A DNA stretch of 60,446 nucleotides from an uncultured Dorea sp. GTDB lineage: Bacteria; Bacillota; Clostridia; Lachnospirales; Lachnospiraceae. The DNA is taken from contig CATLEM010000001.1 in NCBI GenBank assembly GCA_949916155.1, positions 1 to 60,446 of the forward strand, read 5' to 3'. Position numbers and translations under genes: made by a program. Below, piece after piece: positions 1 through 10,551 of this stretch (its first letter is position 1; the number at the start of each line of letters is the position of its first letter). Under the pieces are notes generated by a model. The model was not told the DNA's origin. It made no database searches and was given only the letters and a program-made list of their open reading frames with translations.

Positions 1-817
1 TTCTCCCGATCCCTTCTGCCTCGATGACCGGGATGAATTCTTTAAGCTCGCCGTGGGCACTCTTGATGTCTGCCAAATCGTCAAAATCCTTGCCCATCAT
101 CTTCGCCACAAGCATAACTCTTGGAAGATCCTTCGTCTCATATTCGCCGACAAGTTCCCCGTTCCTGAGTACAGTGATCCGGTCGCAGACCGCGTATACC
201 TGCTCCAGGAAATGGGTGACGAAGATGATTCCTACGCCTTCCCCCTTAAGCCTTTTCATCAGCACAAACAGCTTTTCCACCTCATCATCATCAAGAGAAG
301 AGGTCGGCTCGTCGAGGATCAGCACCCGGCATTTCATATCCACGGCGCGGGCGATGGCGATCATCTGCTGCTTTGCCAGGGAGCACTCCTCCAATTTATC
401 CGTGGCATTCGCATCTATATCAAGACTCCGAAGAAGTTCTGAAGACTTCTTATTCATTGTTTTCCAGTCAATAAATCCTGCTTTTCTCGGTTCCCGGCCG
501 ATAAAAAGGTTCTCCGCAACCGTAAGGTTCGGGCAAAGATTTACCTCCTGATACACGGTACTGATCCCGTTGTTCTGTGCATCCTGAGGCGACTTGTTGA
601 CGATCGGCGTATCATTTCCCGCCATCTTGATCTCCCCGGCCTCAAAATCATGAACACCGGTGAGAACCTTGATGAGCGTTGATTTCCCTGCCCCGTTCTC
701 TCCCATCAGCGCATGGATCTCTCCCTCCCTGAGGGTGAAGTCAACGTGCTGCAGTGCTTTTACGCCTGGAAATGTCTTGGAGATATCGCGCATGGACAAT
801 ACTACCTTCTGTTCCAT
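1..817 (-). CDS. Sugar ABC transporter ATP-binding protein (RbsA/YtfR-like); 3' end runs off the window
   Basis: Not in the ORF track. Manual translation from ATG at 817 gives MEQKVVLSMRDISKTFPGVKALQHVDFTLREGEIHALMGENGAGKSTLIKVLTG (Walker A), with VLILDEPT (Walker B) further on. AGGTGA RBS upstream. Confidence 0.92.
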   Translation of the reverse strand, partial: MEQKVVLSMRDISKTFPGVKALQHVDFTLREGEIHALMGENGAGKSTLIKVLTGVHDFEAGEIKMAGNDTPIVNKSPQDAQNNGISTVYQEVNLCPNLTVAENLFIGREPRKAGFIDWKTMNKKSSELLRSLDIDANATDKLEECSLAKQQMIAIARAVDMKCRVLILDEPTSSLDDDEVEKLFVLMKRLKGEGVGIIFVTHFLEQVYAVCDRITVLRNGELVGEYETKDLPRVMLVAKMMGKDFDDLADIKSAHGELKEFIPVIEAEGIGR

Positions 818-1099
818 ATCAATCTCACCTGCTTTCTTTTCTCACTCCATAATGGTGCACCCAAGTGCGGCGCACCGGTTTCAATTTCCTGTTTATGATT
901 TTTGTTTTCTATTTCCAATCTCCTGTTTTTCCCTGCTTTCGGGCATAAAGAGAGCGCGGCAGAATGACGGGGCATTTCCCTCCTATCCTGCTGCGCCCTT
1001 TTACTCAAACAGGAAATCGCAATTCCCTATACCCATTCGGGCCTCCCCTAATCCATGCCCTTATAGGGCAGGCGGACCGTCGTCCGACAAGGTATATTT

Positions 1100-2173
1100 T
1101 TAATATTTACGTCCATCGATAACTTCCTGGGTTACTTCTGTTACTTCGTAATCTGTCCCGTCAACCGTTACCTTTGCAACGTCTGCGCCGTGCGCGTAGA
1201 TTCCTTCGTCTACATATGCGATCTTCTCAAGCTCTTCACCTGCCTCAAGCTTCTGGATAAGCTCTGCTACACGCGGGCCGTGAAGCGGGTTACACTCTAC
1301 GTTGCAGATGATCTCACCTGTCAGTGTCGCCTCGATACCAGCTTTGACTGTATCGAAGGAGATAACAAGGATGTCTCCGTCCGGGCCGACTTTTTTACCG
1401 GCTGCCTTGATCGCGTCGATCGCGCCGAATGCCTCGTTGTCGTTCTCGCAGTATACAACGTTGATGTTGTCATGCTGCTTTAACATGGACTCCATAACTT
1501 CCTGTCCCTTAGCCTGTGTGAACTCGCCGGTCTGCTGAGCTACGATGTTCCATCCGTACTCTTTTGCCGCATTCTCAAGACCCTCTGTACGTCCGATCTG
1601 AGCGGATGCGCCGATTGTTCCCTGGATGTGCGCGATGTTCAGCTCTTTCAGGCCCTTAGCGTCAGCGTATGCTTTCAACCACTCACATGCTTTCGCTCCC
1701 TCAAGCTGGAAGTTGCCGCCCACATAAGATACGAACAGGCTGTCGTCAGATACGTCTACCATACGGTCAACAGTGATAACCGGAATGTCTGCGTCCTTTG
1801 CCTCCTGAAGAACTGTATCCCATCCTGTCTCAGTAACAGGTGCCAAAACTATGTAATCAACTTCCTGCTGGATGAAGTTACGGATCGCGGTGATCTGGTT
1901 CTCCTGTTTCTGCTGTGCATCGTCGAAAATAAGCTCGTAGCCGTTCGCCTCGCTGAATGTCTCCTTCATGGATTCGGAGTTCGCTGTACGCCAGTCAGAC
2001 TCAGCGCCGACCTGTGCGAAACCAACAGTGATCACGTCGCTGCCGCCCTCGGAGCCGCCCTCATCGGAACCTCCGTCGGAAGAAGAGCTGCTGTTGCCGC
2101 CTCCGCCGCATCCTACTACAAGTGCTGCAACCATTGCCGTAGCCATCAAAGCTGCAATTAATTTTCTTTTCAT
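1100..2173 (-). CDS. Sugar ABC transporter substrate-binding lipoprotein (Peripla_BP, YtfQ/galactofuranose-binding-like)
   Basis: Lipobox LVVGC, Gly/Ser linker, and motifs VGFAQVGAESDWRTAN and CENDNEAFGA typical of YtfQ-like binding proteins. Upstream of the ATPase. Confidence 0.9.
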   Translation of the reverse strand: MKRKLIAALMATAMVAALVVGCGGGGNSSSSSDGGSDEGGSEGGSDVITVGFAQVGAESDWRTANSESMKETFSEANGYELIFDDAQQKQENQITAIRNFIQQEVDYIVLAPVTETGWDTVLQEAKDADIPVITVDRMVDVSDDSLFVSYVGGNFQLEGAKACEWLKAYADAKGLKELNIAHIQGTIGASAQIGRTEGLENAAKEYGWNIVAQQTGEFTQAKGQEVMESMLKQHDNINVVYCENDNEAFGAIDAIKAAGKKVGPDGDILVISFDTVKAGIEATLTGEIICNVECNPLHGPRVAELIQKLEAGEELEKIAYVDEGIYAHGADVAKVTVDGTDYEVTEVTQEVIDGRKY

Positions 2174-2269
2174 GTCTTATCCTCCTTTTTCTCTCGATCA
2201 ACTTCGTGTCAATCATGTTGGTAATATATTAAGATATTATGAACAAACAATAAACAGAAATTTATTTCC

Positions 2270-2318
2270 ATTTTTTACATTATTTTATGATTTTTTACAA
2301 AAAGTTAGATTTTTTACA
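2270..2318 (-). promoter_or_regulatory. Three direct repeats (TGTAAAAAAT on minus strand); candidate AraC-type response regulator sites
   Basis: ATTTTTTACA at 2270-2279, 2290-2299 and 2309-2318, upstream of the binding-protein gene. Confidence 0.45.
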
Positions 2319-3798
2319 CAAAAGGTTGAGTATTTTCCGCTCTGATCAGAACGGTAACCTCTGTTCCCTTATCCGGGCTGCTTGCGTAGGACAGACCGTA
2401 CTCATCGCCGTAATAATGACGGATCCTCTGGTTTACGTTGATGACGCCGAAGCTGTTCACATTATTATTCAGCTTTTCCTTCTCCATATTGCGGTAAAGC
2501 TCTTCAAGCTTTTGGGGTGTCATGCCTTTGCCATTATCTCTTACCTTGAAGACCATCGTCTTACCGTCTTTTTTGCCGGTGATCTGTATCATGCCCTTGC
2601 CCCTCTTATTCTTGATGCCGTGATAGAGAGCATTTTCCACCAAAGGCTGCAGGGTAAGCTTGGGCAGTACATATCCGCGAAGTCCCTCGTCAATCTCTAT
2701 ACGGTAATCTAAGATGTCCTGATAGCGGAACTGTTGGATCTCTAAGTAGCTTTTGATGTGGGACTCTTCTTCCTCCACCGTGATAAAGTCCCGGCCTTTG
2801 CTCAGCGTAGTTCTGAAGAAACTTGAGAGTGCCGTCACCATATTGACCACTTCCTCCGTCTTGTGCTCTTCTGCCAGCCAAACGATGGTATCCAGCGTAT
2901 TGTACAGAAAATGCGGATTGATCTGCGCCTGCAAAAGCTTCGTCTCGGTAAGATGCAGGCTTACCTGCTGCTGTTTGATATCTTCCACCAGCGTGCCAAT
3001 CTCCTCCGTCATCTGGTTAAAGCTCTGGGACAAAACCCCAATCTCGTACATATCCGCCCTCCGCGTCCGCACGGAGAAATCGCCTTCCGCAACCTTTTCC
3101 GTCATATCGCACAGCTCGTGAATCGGCGCAGTGATGCTTTTCGTCGCACGGATCGTCATATAACCCGCCACAAGGATTGCGAATACGGACACCATGCCGC
3201 ACACCATAAAGCTCTGGCGTGTCCGGATATCTAACTCCTCCCGGACATTTTCATAATTCGTCGTTTCTATATAGATGTAATCCTGGATCCCCTCGCGGAT
3301 AAGAGTCGTCAGATTCTTGATATTGCCGTCAAAATAATCCATCTGTTCCTGATATTTCCAGCCCTGTGCCTTTCCTGTTTCCAGCGTATTCACACATTTT
3401 TCCAGGGAACGAAGCGTGTTCTTCACCCTTCGGATCCGGTTCCGGCTGCTGCCGACCGTCGCCCACTCAGACATCCTGTCGCAGGCACGCTCCATCTCGT
3501 CGATATATTTATAAGGATTTACCGTGACATAGCCGTTCACAAGCTGCTTGCCGTCTTCTAACTCCTCAACGCTTTTCTGGTTGATCACCGCCAGATACAT
3601 ACTGTAGTCGATACGCCCTTTGAAATCCTGGGTATACTGGTTGGCGTAGACGATATTGTGCGTAATCTCGCTGTAGGCATCCGTCGCGTTCGACAGCGAC
3701 ACAAGAAGATAGACCATCACAAAAAGCATGGGCAGAAATACGGTAAGCGATATCATGATCAGCCGCTGGTTCAGCGAAGCTTTTACATATTTTTTCAT
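2314..3798 (-). CDS. Sensor histidine kinase, YesM/LytS type (HAMP, His_kinase, HATPase)
   Basis: Two TM segments, HAMP, LQAQINPHFLYNTLD H-box, LQPLVENALYHG N-box, DNGKGM. Confidence 0.95.
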   Translation of the reverse strand: MKKYVKASLNQRLIMISLTVFLPMLFVMVYLLVSLSNATDAYSEITHNIVYANQYTQDFKGRIDYSMYLAVINQKSVEELEDGKQLVNGYVTVNPYKYIDEMERACDRMSEWATVGSSRNRIRRVKNTLRSLEKCVNTLETGKAQGWKYQEQMDYFDGNIKNLTTLIREGIQDYIYIETTNYENVREELDIRTRQSFMVCGMVSVFAILVAGYMTIRATKSITAPIHELCDMTEKVAEGDFSVRTRRADMYEIGVLSQSFNQMTEEIGTLVEDIKQQQVSLHLTETKLLQAQINPHFLYNTLDTIVWLAEEHKTEEVVNMVTALSSFFRTTLSKGRDFITVEEEESHIKSYLEIQQFRYQDILDYRIEIDEGLRGYVLPKLTLQPLVENALYHGIKNKRGKGMIQITGKKDGKTMVFKVRDNGKGMTPQKLEELYRNMEKEKLNNNVNSFGVINVNQRIRHYYGDEYGLSYASSPDKGTEVTVLIRAENTQPFV

Positions 3799-3804
3799 GT
3801 CTTT

Positions 3805-5427
3805 TTATTCCTTTCTCCTTGCGCGGTAATCTTTCGGGGAGCACCCTTGCGTTTTTTTGAATAAATAGCTGAAATAATGGGGATCTTTATACCCCACCTC
3901 ATACCCGATCTCCGACGTCTTCATGGAAGAGCACATCAAAAGCTCCTTCGCCTTGTCCATCCGGATCTGGGTCAGATATTCCACAAACGTCTTCCCCATC
4001 TCCCGGCTGAACACTGAACTAAAATAGCTGGGGCTCATCCCAACGCCTGCCGCAACCGTATTGAGCGAGATCTCCTCCAGCATATACGTGCTCTCGATCC
4101 GCTCCTTCGCCGCCTCGATGATATCCGAATACCGCCGCCCGCTGACCATATCCCGAAGCTCGATGGCCCGTGCAAGGAAGCGGCGCATATATTCTTCCAT
4201 CTCCTTCGCCGAATGGATCCTCTGGATCGCCGCTTTAAAACTTTCCGCCTCTTTCTGGAACTCCTCATCGGAGATCCCGATCTTCTCACAAAATGTCATG
4301 ATAACAATATACACATCCATGACGATATACTGGCGCATCAAGCTAGACTTAAAATTATCCTCCGGCATCTCTGTCATATATACTTTTGCGAAACGCGAGG
4401 TCTCCTCCTGCGTCCCGTTATTCAGGAATTTTTCCACCGATTCCCGCGTCCGCTCGATCTCCCCGAAACCCCGCACCTCAAAATCACCGGTTCCCTGCAG
4501 GTTCTTAAGCTCCCCTACCCGCACGATTCGGTTAAGCCTGCTGACAAATCTGCCGGAAAATGCATGATCCGCATCGGAAAATGACCGGGGCAGCTCCCGA
4601 AGACGCGTCACAGCGCTTCCGATCCCCCCGAAATATTCCAACTTCTCATACCCCGCCATCATCTGCTCTATCCGCTTTGCCAGCCGGCTTGTCCGCTCAC
4701 TCATCTGCTCTTCATCTTCTGCGGTAAGGAGAAATGCCCATCCGTCAATCCCCCGCTGGAACATGTAAATGTACGGGATCTTCGCAATGATATCCTCCAG
4801 GTTCTCACACGCCTCCACCACCGAATTTGAAAGCCCGCTCACCCCGATGACCGTGAAAAATTTAAATAAGATGATCTCGTATACCTGCGCGCTTAAGTTC
4901 ATACCGTACTGCCTGCCGAAATCAATCGCCTCTGCGGTAGACACATCCCCGGATATCAACTGGCCGAAAAACTTAAGCTTTTCCCGCTCTGTATTCTCTT
5001 TCATATCCTCGGCGTAACGCTTAAGAAGCTCCCGCTCTTCCTTTTCCTGCCTGATCAGGGAGCTTACACCTTTCAATGACTCAAGAAGCTTTGAAGCGCT
5101 CACCGGCTTTAAAAGATATTCCGTAACACCCAGCCTTATCGCTTCCTTTGCATAATCAAACTCGTCGTATCCGCTTAAGATCAGTATCCGGATATCCGGC
5201 AGCTCCTGCTTTACCAGGCGGCTCAGCTCAAGCCCGTCCATAAACGGCATACGGATATCCGTGATCAGGATGTCTGGCCGTTCCTTTAAGATCATCGGAT
5301 AAGCAAGCTCGCCGTCGCTGGCCTCGCCGACGAATTTATACCCTTCCTTTTCCCACTCAATGCTGTTTTTGATTCCATTCCTTATCACAATCTCATCTTC
5401 TACAAGGAATATTTTTATCTTTTCCAT
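3805..5427 (-). CDS. Response regulator with C-terminal AraC HTH (YesN type)
   Basis: Receiver motifs LVEDE, ITDIRMPFMDG and YLLKP; AraC tail VGYKDPHYFSYLFKKTQGCSPKDYR. Confidence 0.95.
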   Translation of the reverse strand: MEKIKIFLVEDEIVIRNGIKNSIEWEKEGYKFVGEASDGELAYPMILKERPDILITDIRMPFMDGLELSRLVKQELPDIRILILSGYDEFDYAKEAIRLGVTEYLLKPVSASKLLESLKGVSSLIRQEKEERELLKRYAEDMKENTEREKLKFFGQLISGDVSTAEAIDFGRQYGMNLSAQVYEIILFKFFTVIGVSGLSNSVVEACENLEDIIAKIPYIYMFQRGIDGWAFLLTAEDEEQMSERTSRLAKRIEQMMAGYEKLEYFGGIGSAVTRLRELPRSFSDADHAFSGRFVSRLNRIVRVGELKNLQGTGDFEVRGFGEIERTRESVEKFLNNGTQEETSRFAKVYMTEMPEDNFKSSLMRQYIVMDVYIVIMTFCEKIGISDEEFQKEAESFKAAIQRIHSAKEMEEYMRRFLARAIELRDMVSGRRYSDIIEAAKERIESTYMLEEISLNTVAAGVGMSPSYFSSVFSREMGKTFVEYLTQIRMDKAKELLMCSSMKTSEIGYEVGYKDPHYFSYLFKKTQGCSPKDYRARRKE

Positions 5428-5688
5428 AATACCTCACCCGCCTGTTTTTGTTCTGAATATTATTTTAAATCAGGGTTTTATCAACCGTAAGTTTTCCTCA
5501 CTGTCCTGCTCTATATTATGATATAATGTTTTTCTCCAGAAAATATATTTTTTTATTTATTCGGTTGGATTTTTTTTGATACTCTTTGTTTCCCGCGGGA
5601 ATAAAGAAAACCCTGCTATACAAAATATGTTAAAGTATCTTTCTCACATATCTTATATAACAAGGTTTTTGATTCGCCGGATATAACT

Positions 5689-6204
5689 TTAGGAATCATA
5701 AAGCCTTCCGGCATCTCTCCCATTCTCCAGCTTGATCACCCGCTGATTTTTGCTCCCACGGAATTTTAAGGTGATATCTTTTTGTCCCTCGATAAACGGC
5801 CCATCCACCAACACGTCAAGATATGACAGCATTTCCTGCGTCACCTCTGTATATGCACGTCCGCCCTCGCTCAGATCTGTGTCAAAAAGATACCCTGAAT
5901 AACTCCAAATATCTTTTTGGGGTAATTCTTTTCTTACTCTTCTTAGAAGCTTCACAAGCTCACGCTGGTTCTCTGGCTCAAACGGCTCTCCGCCAAGCAG
6001 CGTAAGCCCCTGGATATAATCCGGCGTCAGCAAGCGGATTATATCATCCTCCGTCTCCCTGGTGTACGGTTTTCCGTAATGAAAATCCCACGTCTCTGCA
6101 TTAAAACAGCCTTTGCAGTGATGGCGGCAGCCTGATACGAATAAACTCACCCTTACACCCGGACCATCTGCAATATCACATTCCTTTATATTTCCATAAT
6201 TCAT
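5689..6204 (-). CDS. nrdG: Anaerobic ribonucleoside-triphosphate reductase activating protein
   Basis: DGPGVRVSLFVSGCRHHCKGCFN radical-SAM CxxxCxxC, LGGEP, FRGSKNQR. Near nrdD. Confidence 0.96.
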   Translation of the reverse strand: MNYGNIKECDIADGPGVRVSLFVSGCRHHCKGCFNAETWDFHYGKPYTRETEDDIIRLLTPDYIQGLTLLGGEPFEPENQRELVKLLRRVRKELPQKDIWSYSGYLFDTDLSEGGRAYTEVTQEMLSYLDVLVDGPFIEGQKDITLKFRGSKNQRVIKLENGRDAGRLYDS

Positions 6205-6221
6205 ATCCGTTCCTTATTGAT

Positions 6222-6266
6222 AAAAGAAGTACACATTCTGAATTACTGACTCACAGTGTGTACTTC
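6222..6266 (-). terminator. Intrinsic terminator-like hairpin between the inserted pseudogene and nrdG
   Basis: GAAGTACACA...TGTGTACTTC 10-bp stem followed by TTTT on the minus strand. Confidence 0.55.
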
Positions 6267-6274
6267 CATATATA

Positions 6275-6801
6275 CTATCCCGCATACATAACTTCCTTAA
6301 ACATAGGCCCCGGCCTGGTGCTTTTTGTCAGTCCTTTCACCCATCCGGACTTTCTGCCCGGGCTCTTCAATACTTTCATTGAACGGTTTGCAGTCCAGTA
6401 CTTCTTCCTCTGCACAGTTGTAACTTTAGCTTTAGTCGTTTTCTGAACCATCTTTCCGTTTTTGTAAACATAATCCAGCTTGAAGCCGATTCCGCCTAAA
6501 GCATAGGACATCTCCCAGTATTTTACAGTAATTTTATTGCCCGAAACTTTAATTCTTTCTACCGAATTATGAAAGCCGATTTTTGACATCAGATCCAAAT
6601 CTATAGCTTTCACCAGTTTGCCGCCCTTATACTGGTACACTGCTGCCCCGGGAACATCTCCGTTATCCGAACGCGGTACTATCGAAAGAAGTGCTTTCCC
6701 GTTTTGAAGTTCCAGCCTGCGTATATCCAGACTATAGATCGGTCCGGCATTGCTGCGATCAGCGCTGCTGTCATGATCAACAGTCCTGCCGCCTTTTTCA
6801 T
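6275..6801 (-). pseudogene. Frameshifted or internally deleted secreted hypothetical protein between nrdD and nrdG
   Basis: RBS plus ATG at 6801 gives signal-like MKKAAGLLIMTAALIAAMP, which stops after ~40 codons. The Lys-rich body (...GAAVYQYKGGKLVKAIDL...MFKEVMYAG) is in another frame. Confidence 0.6.
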
Positions 6802-6871
6802 AAATCCTTCTCTTCTCAAGCTGTTAACTCCTCCTATCAATCTGTAGCCCGTATTCTGATCTGCCCTTATC

Positions 6872-9061
6872 CTACAGGTGCAGTACCCGGTCTTTTATCT
6901 CCTGCGTTCTGCCCTGGTTCCAGAACTGAGTCCCGATATATCCGCATGTCCTTCTCGCTACAAACATATGGTTCTGGTCGCGGTTCCCGCAGTTTGGGCA
7001 CTCCCATACAAGCTTCCCTGCTTCGTCTTCCTTGATCTGGATCTCTCCGCTGTAGCCGCAGGACTCGCAGAAATCGCTCTTCGTATTCAACTCCGCATAC
7101 ATGATATTGTCATAGATAAACCGCATAACTGAGATGACCGCCGGGATATTATTCTGCATATTCGGCACCTCCACATAACTGATCGCACCGCCCGGCGACA
7201 GCTTCTGGAAATCCGCCTCGAATTTCAGCTTGCTGAACGCGTCGATCGCCTCCGACACATGTACATGGTAGCTGTTGGTGATGTAATTCTTATCGGTCAC
7301 GCCCTTGATGATGCCGAAACGCTTCTGTAAGCACTTCGCGAACTTATACGTGGTGGACTCCATCGGCGTACCATATACGGAATAACTGATATTCTCCGCC
7401 TCTTTCCACTCTTTGCATTTATCATTCAGCCGCTGCATCACAGACAGGGCAAACGGTCTTGCCTCGGGATCGGTATGGGATTTCCCCATCATCCGCACGC
7501 ACATCTCGTAAAGCCCCGCATATCCCAGGGAGATCGTCGAATATCCGTTATATAAAAGCTTATCGATAGGCTCACCTTTCTTAAGCCTTGCCAGCGCACC
7601 GTTCTGCCACAGGATCGGAGCCACGTCGGAAATCGTCCCCAACAGCCTCTCATGACGGCAGCGCAGCGCCCTGTGGCACAGCTCCAGCCTCTCATCCAGA
7701 ATCTTCCAGAACTTCTCCATATCGCCCTCAGAAGAGCAGGCCACGTCAACAAGGTTGATGGTTACAACCCCCTGGTTGAACCTGCCGTAGAACTTATGGC
7801 TTCCGTCCTCATTCCTCTGGGAATCCTCAACCGTCAGGAAAGACCGGCAGCCCATGCAGGTGTACACCTCACCCTGCTTCAGCTCTTTCATGATCTTGGC
7901 AGAAATGTAATCCGGCACCATCCGCTTCGCCGTACAGCGCGCGGCCAGCTCCGTTAAATACCAGTACTTGGAATCGGACGCCACATTGTCCTCATCAAGT
8001 ACGTAGATAAGTTTCGGAAACGCCGGCGTGATCCACACGCCCGCTTCGTTCTTTACGCCCTGCATCCGCTGGATAAGCACTTCCTCAATGATCATGGCAA
8101 GGTCGTCCCGTGTCTGTCCTTCTTCCACTTCATCCAGATACATAAATATCGTCACAAACGGCGCCTGTCCGTTACAGGTCATCAGCGTGATCAGCTGGTA
8201 CTGGATCGTCTGGATCCCGCTCTTGATCTCTTCCCTGAGCCTGCGCTCCGTCACCCGGTCAATGATCGCATCGTCCAGGCTCTCCCGGCAGTCTATTCTT
8301 TCTTCCACGACCGCACTGCGGATCTTCTTTCTGCTGATATCCACAAAAGGCGCCAGATGCGCCAGCGAAAATGACTGGCCGCCGTACTGATTGCTGGCAA
8401 CCTGGGCGACGATCTGGGTCGCCACGTTGCACGCCGTAGAAAAGCTGTGAGGTTTCTCAATCATCGTCTCGCTGATGACCGTGCCGTTCTGCAGCATATC
8501 CTCCAGATTGATCAGATCACAGTTATGCTCCTTTTGAGCGAAATAATCGGAATCATGGAAATGGATGATCCCCGCTTCGTGCGCCTGCACCACTTCCTCC
8601 GGAAGCAGCACTCTTTTCGACAAATCCTTGCTCACCTCTCCGGCCATATAATCCCGCTGTGTGGAATTGATAACCGGATTCTTGTTGGAATTTTCCTGAT
8701 TTACCTCTTCATTCAGGTGCTCGATCAGCGCAAGGATACCGTTGTCCGTGGTATTCGACTTACGGGTGAGTTCTCTCTTATAGCGGTAGCGGACATATTT
8801 CTGCGCCACCTCGTACCCACGCATCTCCATGATCCCCGTCTCCACCATATCCTGAATATCTTCCACATGCACTGCATGTCTCATCTCCTGTACCTTCTGC
8901 GCGATCGTATCTGCAATCGCCATCACCTGATACTCGTTCATCTGGTGGAGCTTATCCACCTCCCGGTTCGCCTTTTTGATCGCATTGACAATCTTTTCCA
9001 GATTAAAGTGTACTTCCTCGCCGTTCCGCTTAATTACGTTTGTTTTTACTTCCATCTGCAT
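6872..9061 (-). CDS. nrdD: Anaerobic (class III) ribonucleoside-triphosphate reductase with N-terminal ATP cone
   Basis: ATP cone VIKRNG; CMGCRS; GRFNQGVVTINL; Zn site CESC...CPNC; glycyl radical RRTCGYI. Confidence 0.97.
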   Translation of the reverse strand: MQMEVKTNVIKRNGEEVHFNLEKIVNAIKKANREVDKLHQMNEYQVMAIADTIAQKVQEMRHAVHVEDIQDMVETGIMEMRGYEVAQKYVRYRYKRELTRKSNTTDNGILALIEHLNEEVNQENSNKNPVINSTQRDYMAGEVSKDLSKRVLLPEEVVQAHEAGIIHFHDSDYFAQKEHNCDLINLEDMLQNGTVISETMIEKPHSFSTACNVATQIVAQVASNQYGGQSFSLAHLAPFVDISRKKIRSAVVEERIDCRESLDDAIIDRVTERRLREEIKSGIQTIQYQLITLMTCNGQAPFVTIFMYLDEVEEGQTRDDLAMIIEEVLIQRMQGVKNEAGVWITPAFPKLIYVLDEDNVASDSKYWYLTELAARCTAKRMVPDYISAKIMKELKQGEVYTCMGCRSFLTVEDSQRNEDGSHKFYGRFNQGVVTINLVDVACSSEGDMEKFWKILDERLELCHRALRCRHERLLGTISDVAPILWQNGALARLKKGEPIDKLLYNGYSTISLGYAGLYEMCVRMMGKSHTDPEARPFALSVMQRLNDKCKEWKEAENISYSVYGTPMESTTYKFAKCLQKRFGIIKGVTDKNYITNSYHVHVSEAIDAFSKLKFEADFQKLSPGGAISYVEVPNMQNNIPAVISVMRFIYDNIMYAELNTKSDFCESCGYSGEIQIKEDEAGKLVWECPNCGNRDQNHMFVARRTCGYIGTQFWNQGRTQEIKDRVLHL

Positions 9062-9083
9062 TCTAAACCCCCGAAACTATATT

Positions 9084-9131
9084 CTACAAAATGTTGATTT
9101 TCCATTTCTCATACCCCACTATATATTGTGG
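9084..9131. promoter_or_regulatory. Tandem NrdR boxes
   Basis: CTACAAAATGTTGATT (9084-9099) and CCACTATATATTGTGG (9116-9131) match acaCwAtATaTwGtg. Starts are 32 bp apart, directly upstream of nrdD. Confidence 0.8.
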
Positions 9132-9194
9132 TGCCTTTCTATAATACAACAAATTGCAAAATTTGAAAAGAGGTAATTTTTATTTTTTTTTGCT

Positions 9195-10430
9195 CTAAAT
9201 AAGAGGATATTTATCCGTCAGCTTTTTCACAAGCTCCTTTGCCTTTTCTACCGCGTTTTCATCTTTGATGACCATCGCGATGGCCTCCGCGATCGTCTCC
9301 ATATCCTCCTCTTTCATCCCCCGGGTGGTAACTGCCGGAGTTCCAAGCCTCACGCCGCTTGTGACAAACGGAGAGCGCGGGTCGTTGGGAATCGTGTTCT
9401 TATTGCATGTGATATGCGCCTCGTCCAAACGTCTTTCCAGCTCTTTTCCGGTAACATCTTCTTCACTTAAGTCCACTAGCATCAAATGGTTGTCCGTTCC
9501 GCCGGACACGATCTTCACGCCGCGGGCCATAAGTCCCTTGCAAAGCGCCTGGGCATTTTTGATGATCTGCTGCTGGTATTCCTTAAATTCCGGTTCAAGG
9601 GCCTCTTTAAAGCAGACTGCTTTCCCCGCGATCACATGCTCAAGCGGCCCGCCCTGGGTACCCGGGAATATCGCTTTGTTAAAGTTAAATTTCTCAGCCG
9701 CCTCCTTATTACACAAAATCAAGCCGCCCCTCGGCCCACGCAGCGTCTTGTGGGTGGTGGTCGTCACCACGTCCGCATACGGGATTGGGCTCGGATGTAG
9801 CCCTGCCGCCACAAGGCCGGCAATGTGAGCCATATCCACCATAAAGTATGCCCCTGCCTCGTCCGCGATCTCCCGGAACCGCTTGAAATCAATCGTCCGG
9901 GCATACGCGCTGGCTCCAGCGATGATCAGCTTCGGCCTCTCCTTAAGCGCCGTCTCCCGAACTACGTCATAGTCGATCACGCCCCCGTCATTTACCCCGT
10001 AAAAGGATGTCTCAAAATAAGAGCCGGACAGATTCACCGGAGAACCATGGGTCAGGTGTCCGCCGTGGTCAAGGTTCATCCCAAGAATCTTATCTCCCGG
10101 CTTCAGCATCGCGAAAAATACTGCCATATTCGCCTGAGCGCCGGAATGGGGCTGCACGTTGGCGTAATCGCAGCCGAAAAGCTTCTTCGCCCGTTCCCTC
10201 GCCAGATCTTCCACCACGTCCACGCACTGGCATCCGCCGTAGTAGCGCTTTCCCGGATATCCTTCCGCGTATTTGTTCGTCAGCGGGCTTCCCATAGCCG
10301 CCATAACCGCCTTGCTCACCCAGTTCTCCGACGCGATCAGCTCGATATGGGAATTCTGCCGCTCCATCTCATCCGTGATCGCCTGCGCGATCTCCGGGTC
10401 TGCCTTTTTAATCTCATCAAAAGTATACAT
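9195..10430 (-). CDS. glyA: Serine hydroxymethyltransferase
   Basis: [26 protein letters not shown] lysine motif [14 protein letters not shown]. Confidence 0.98.
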   Translation of the reverse strand: MYTFDEIKKADPEIAQAITDEMERQNSHIELIASENWVSKAVMAAMGSPLTNKYAEGYPGKRYYGGCQCVDVVEDLARERAKKLFGCDYANVQPHSGAQANMAVFFAMLKPGDKILGMNLDHGGHLTHGSPVNLSGSYFETSFYGVNDGGVIDYDVVRETALKERPKLIIAGASAYARTIDFKRFREIADEAGAYFMVDMAHIAGLVAAGLHPSPIPYADVVTTTTHKTLRGPRGGLILCNKEAAEKFNFNKAIFPGTQGGPLEHVIAGKAVCFKEALEPEFKEYQQQIIKNAQALCKGLMARGVKIVSGGTDNHLMLVDLSEEDVTGKELERRLDEAHITCNKNTIPNDPRSPFVTSGVRLGTPAVTTRGMKEEDMETIAEAIAMVIKDENAVEKAKELVKKLTDKYPLI

Positions 10431-10496
10431 TGCTTATCCTCCTTGGACTATTTAAAATAACATCCGCCCTACCGGGCTCCTTTTTCATGTTTTTGC

Positions 10497-10551
10497 GGAT
10501 TCCAAAGTCATGTATTGACATGCAAGCATGTCATACATGATTTTTGAATCC
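10497..10551. repeat. Long imperfect palindrome upstream of glyA
   Basis: GGATTC-CAAAGTCATGTA-TTGACATGC-AA-GCATGTCA-TACATGATTTTT-GAATCC pairs nearly end to end. Confidence 0.7.
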
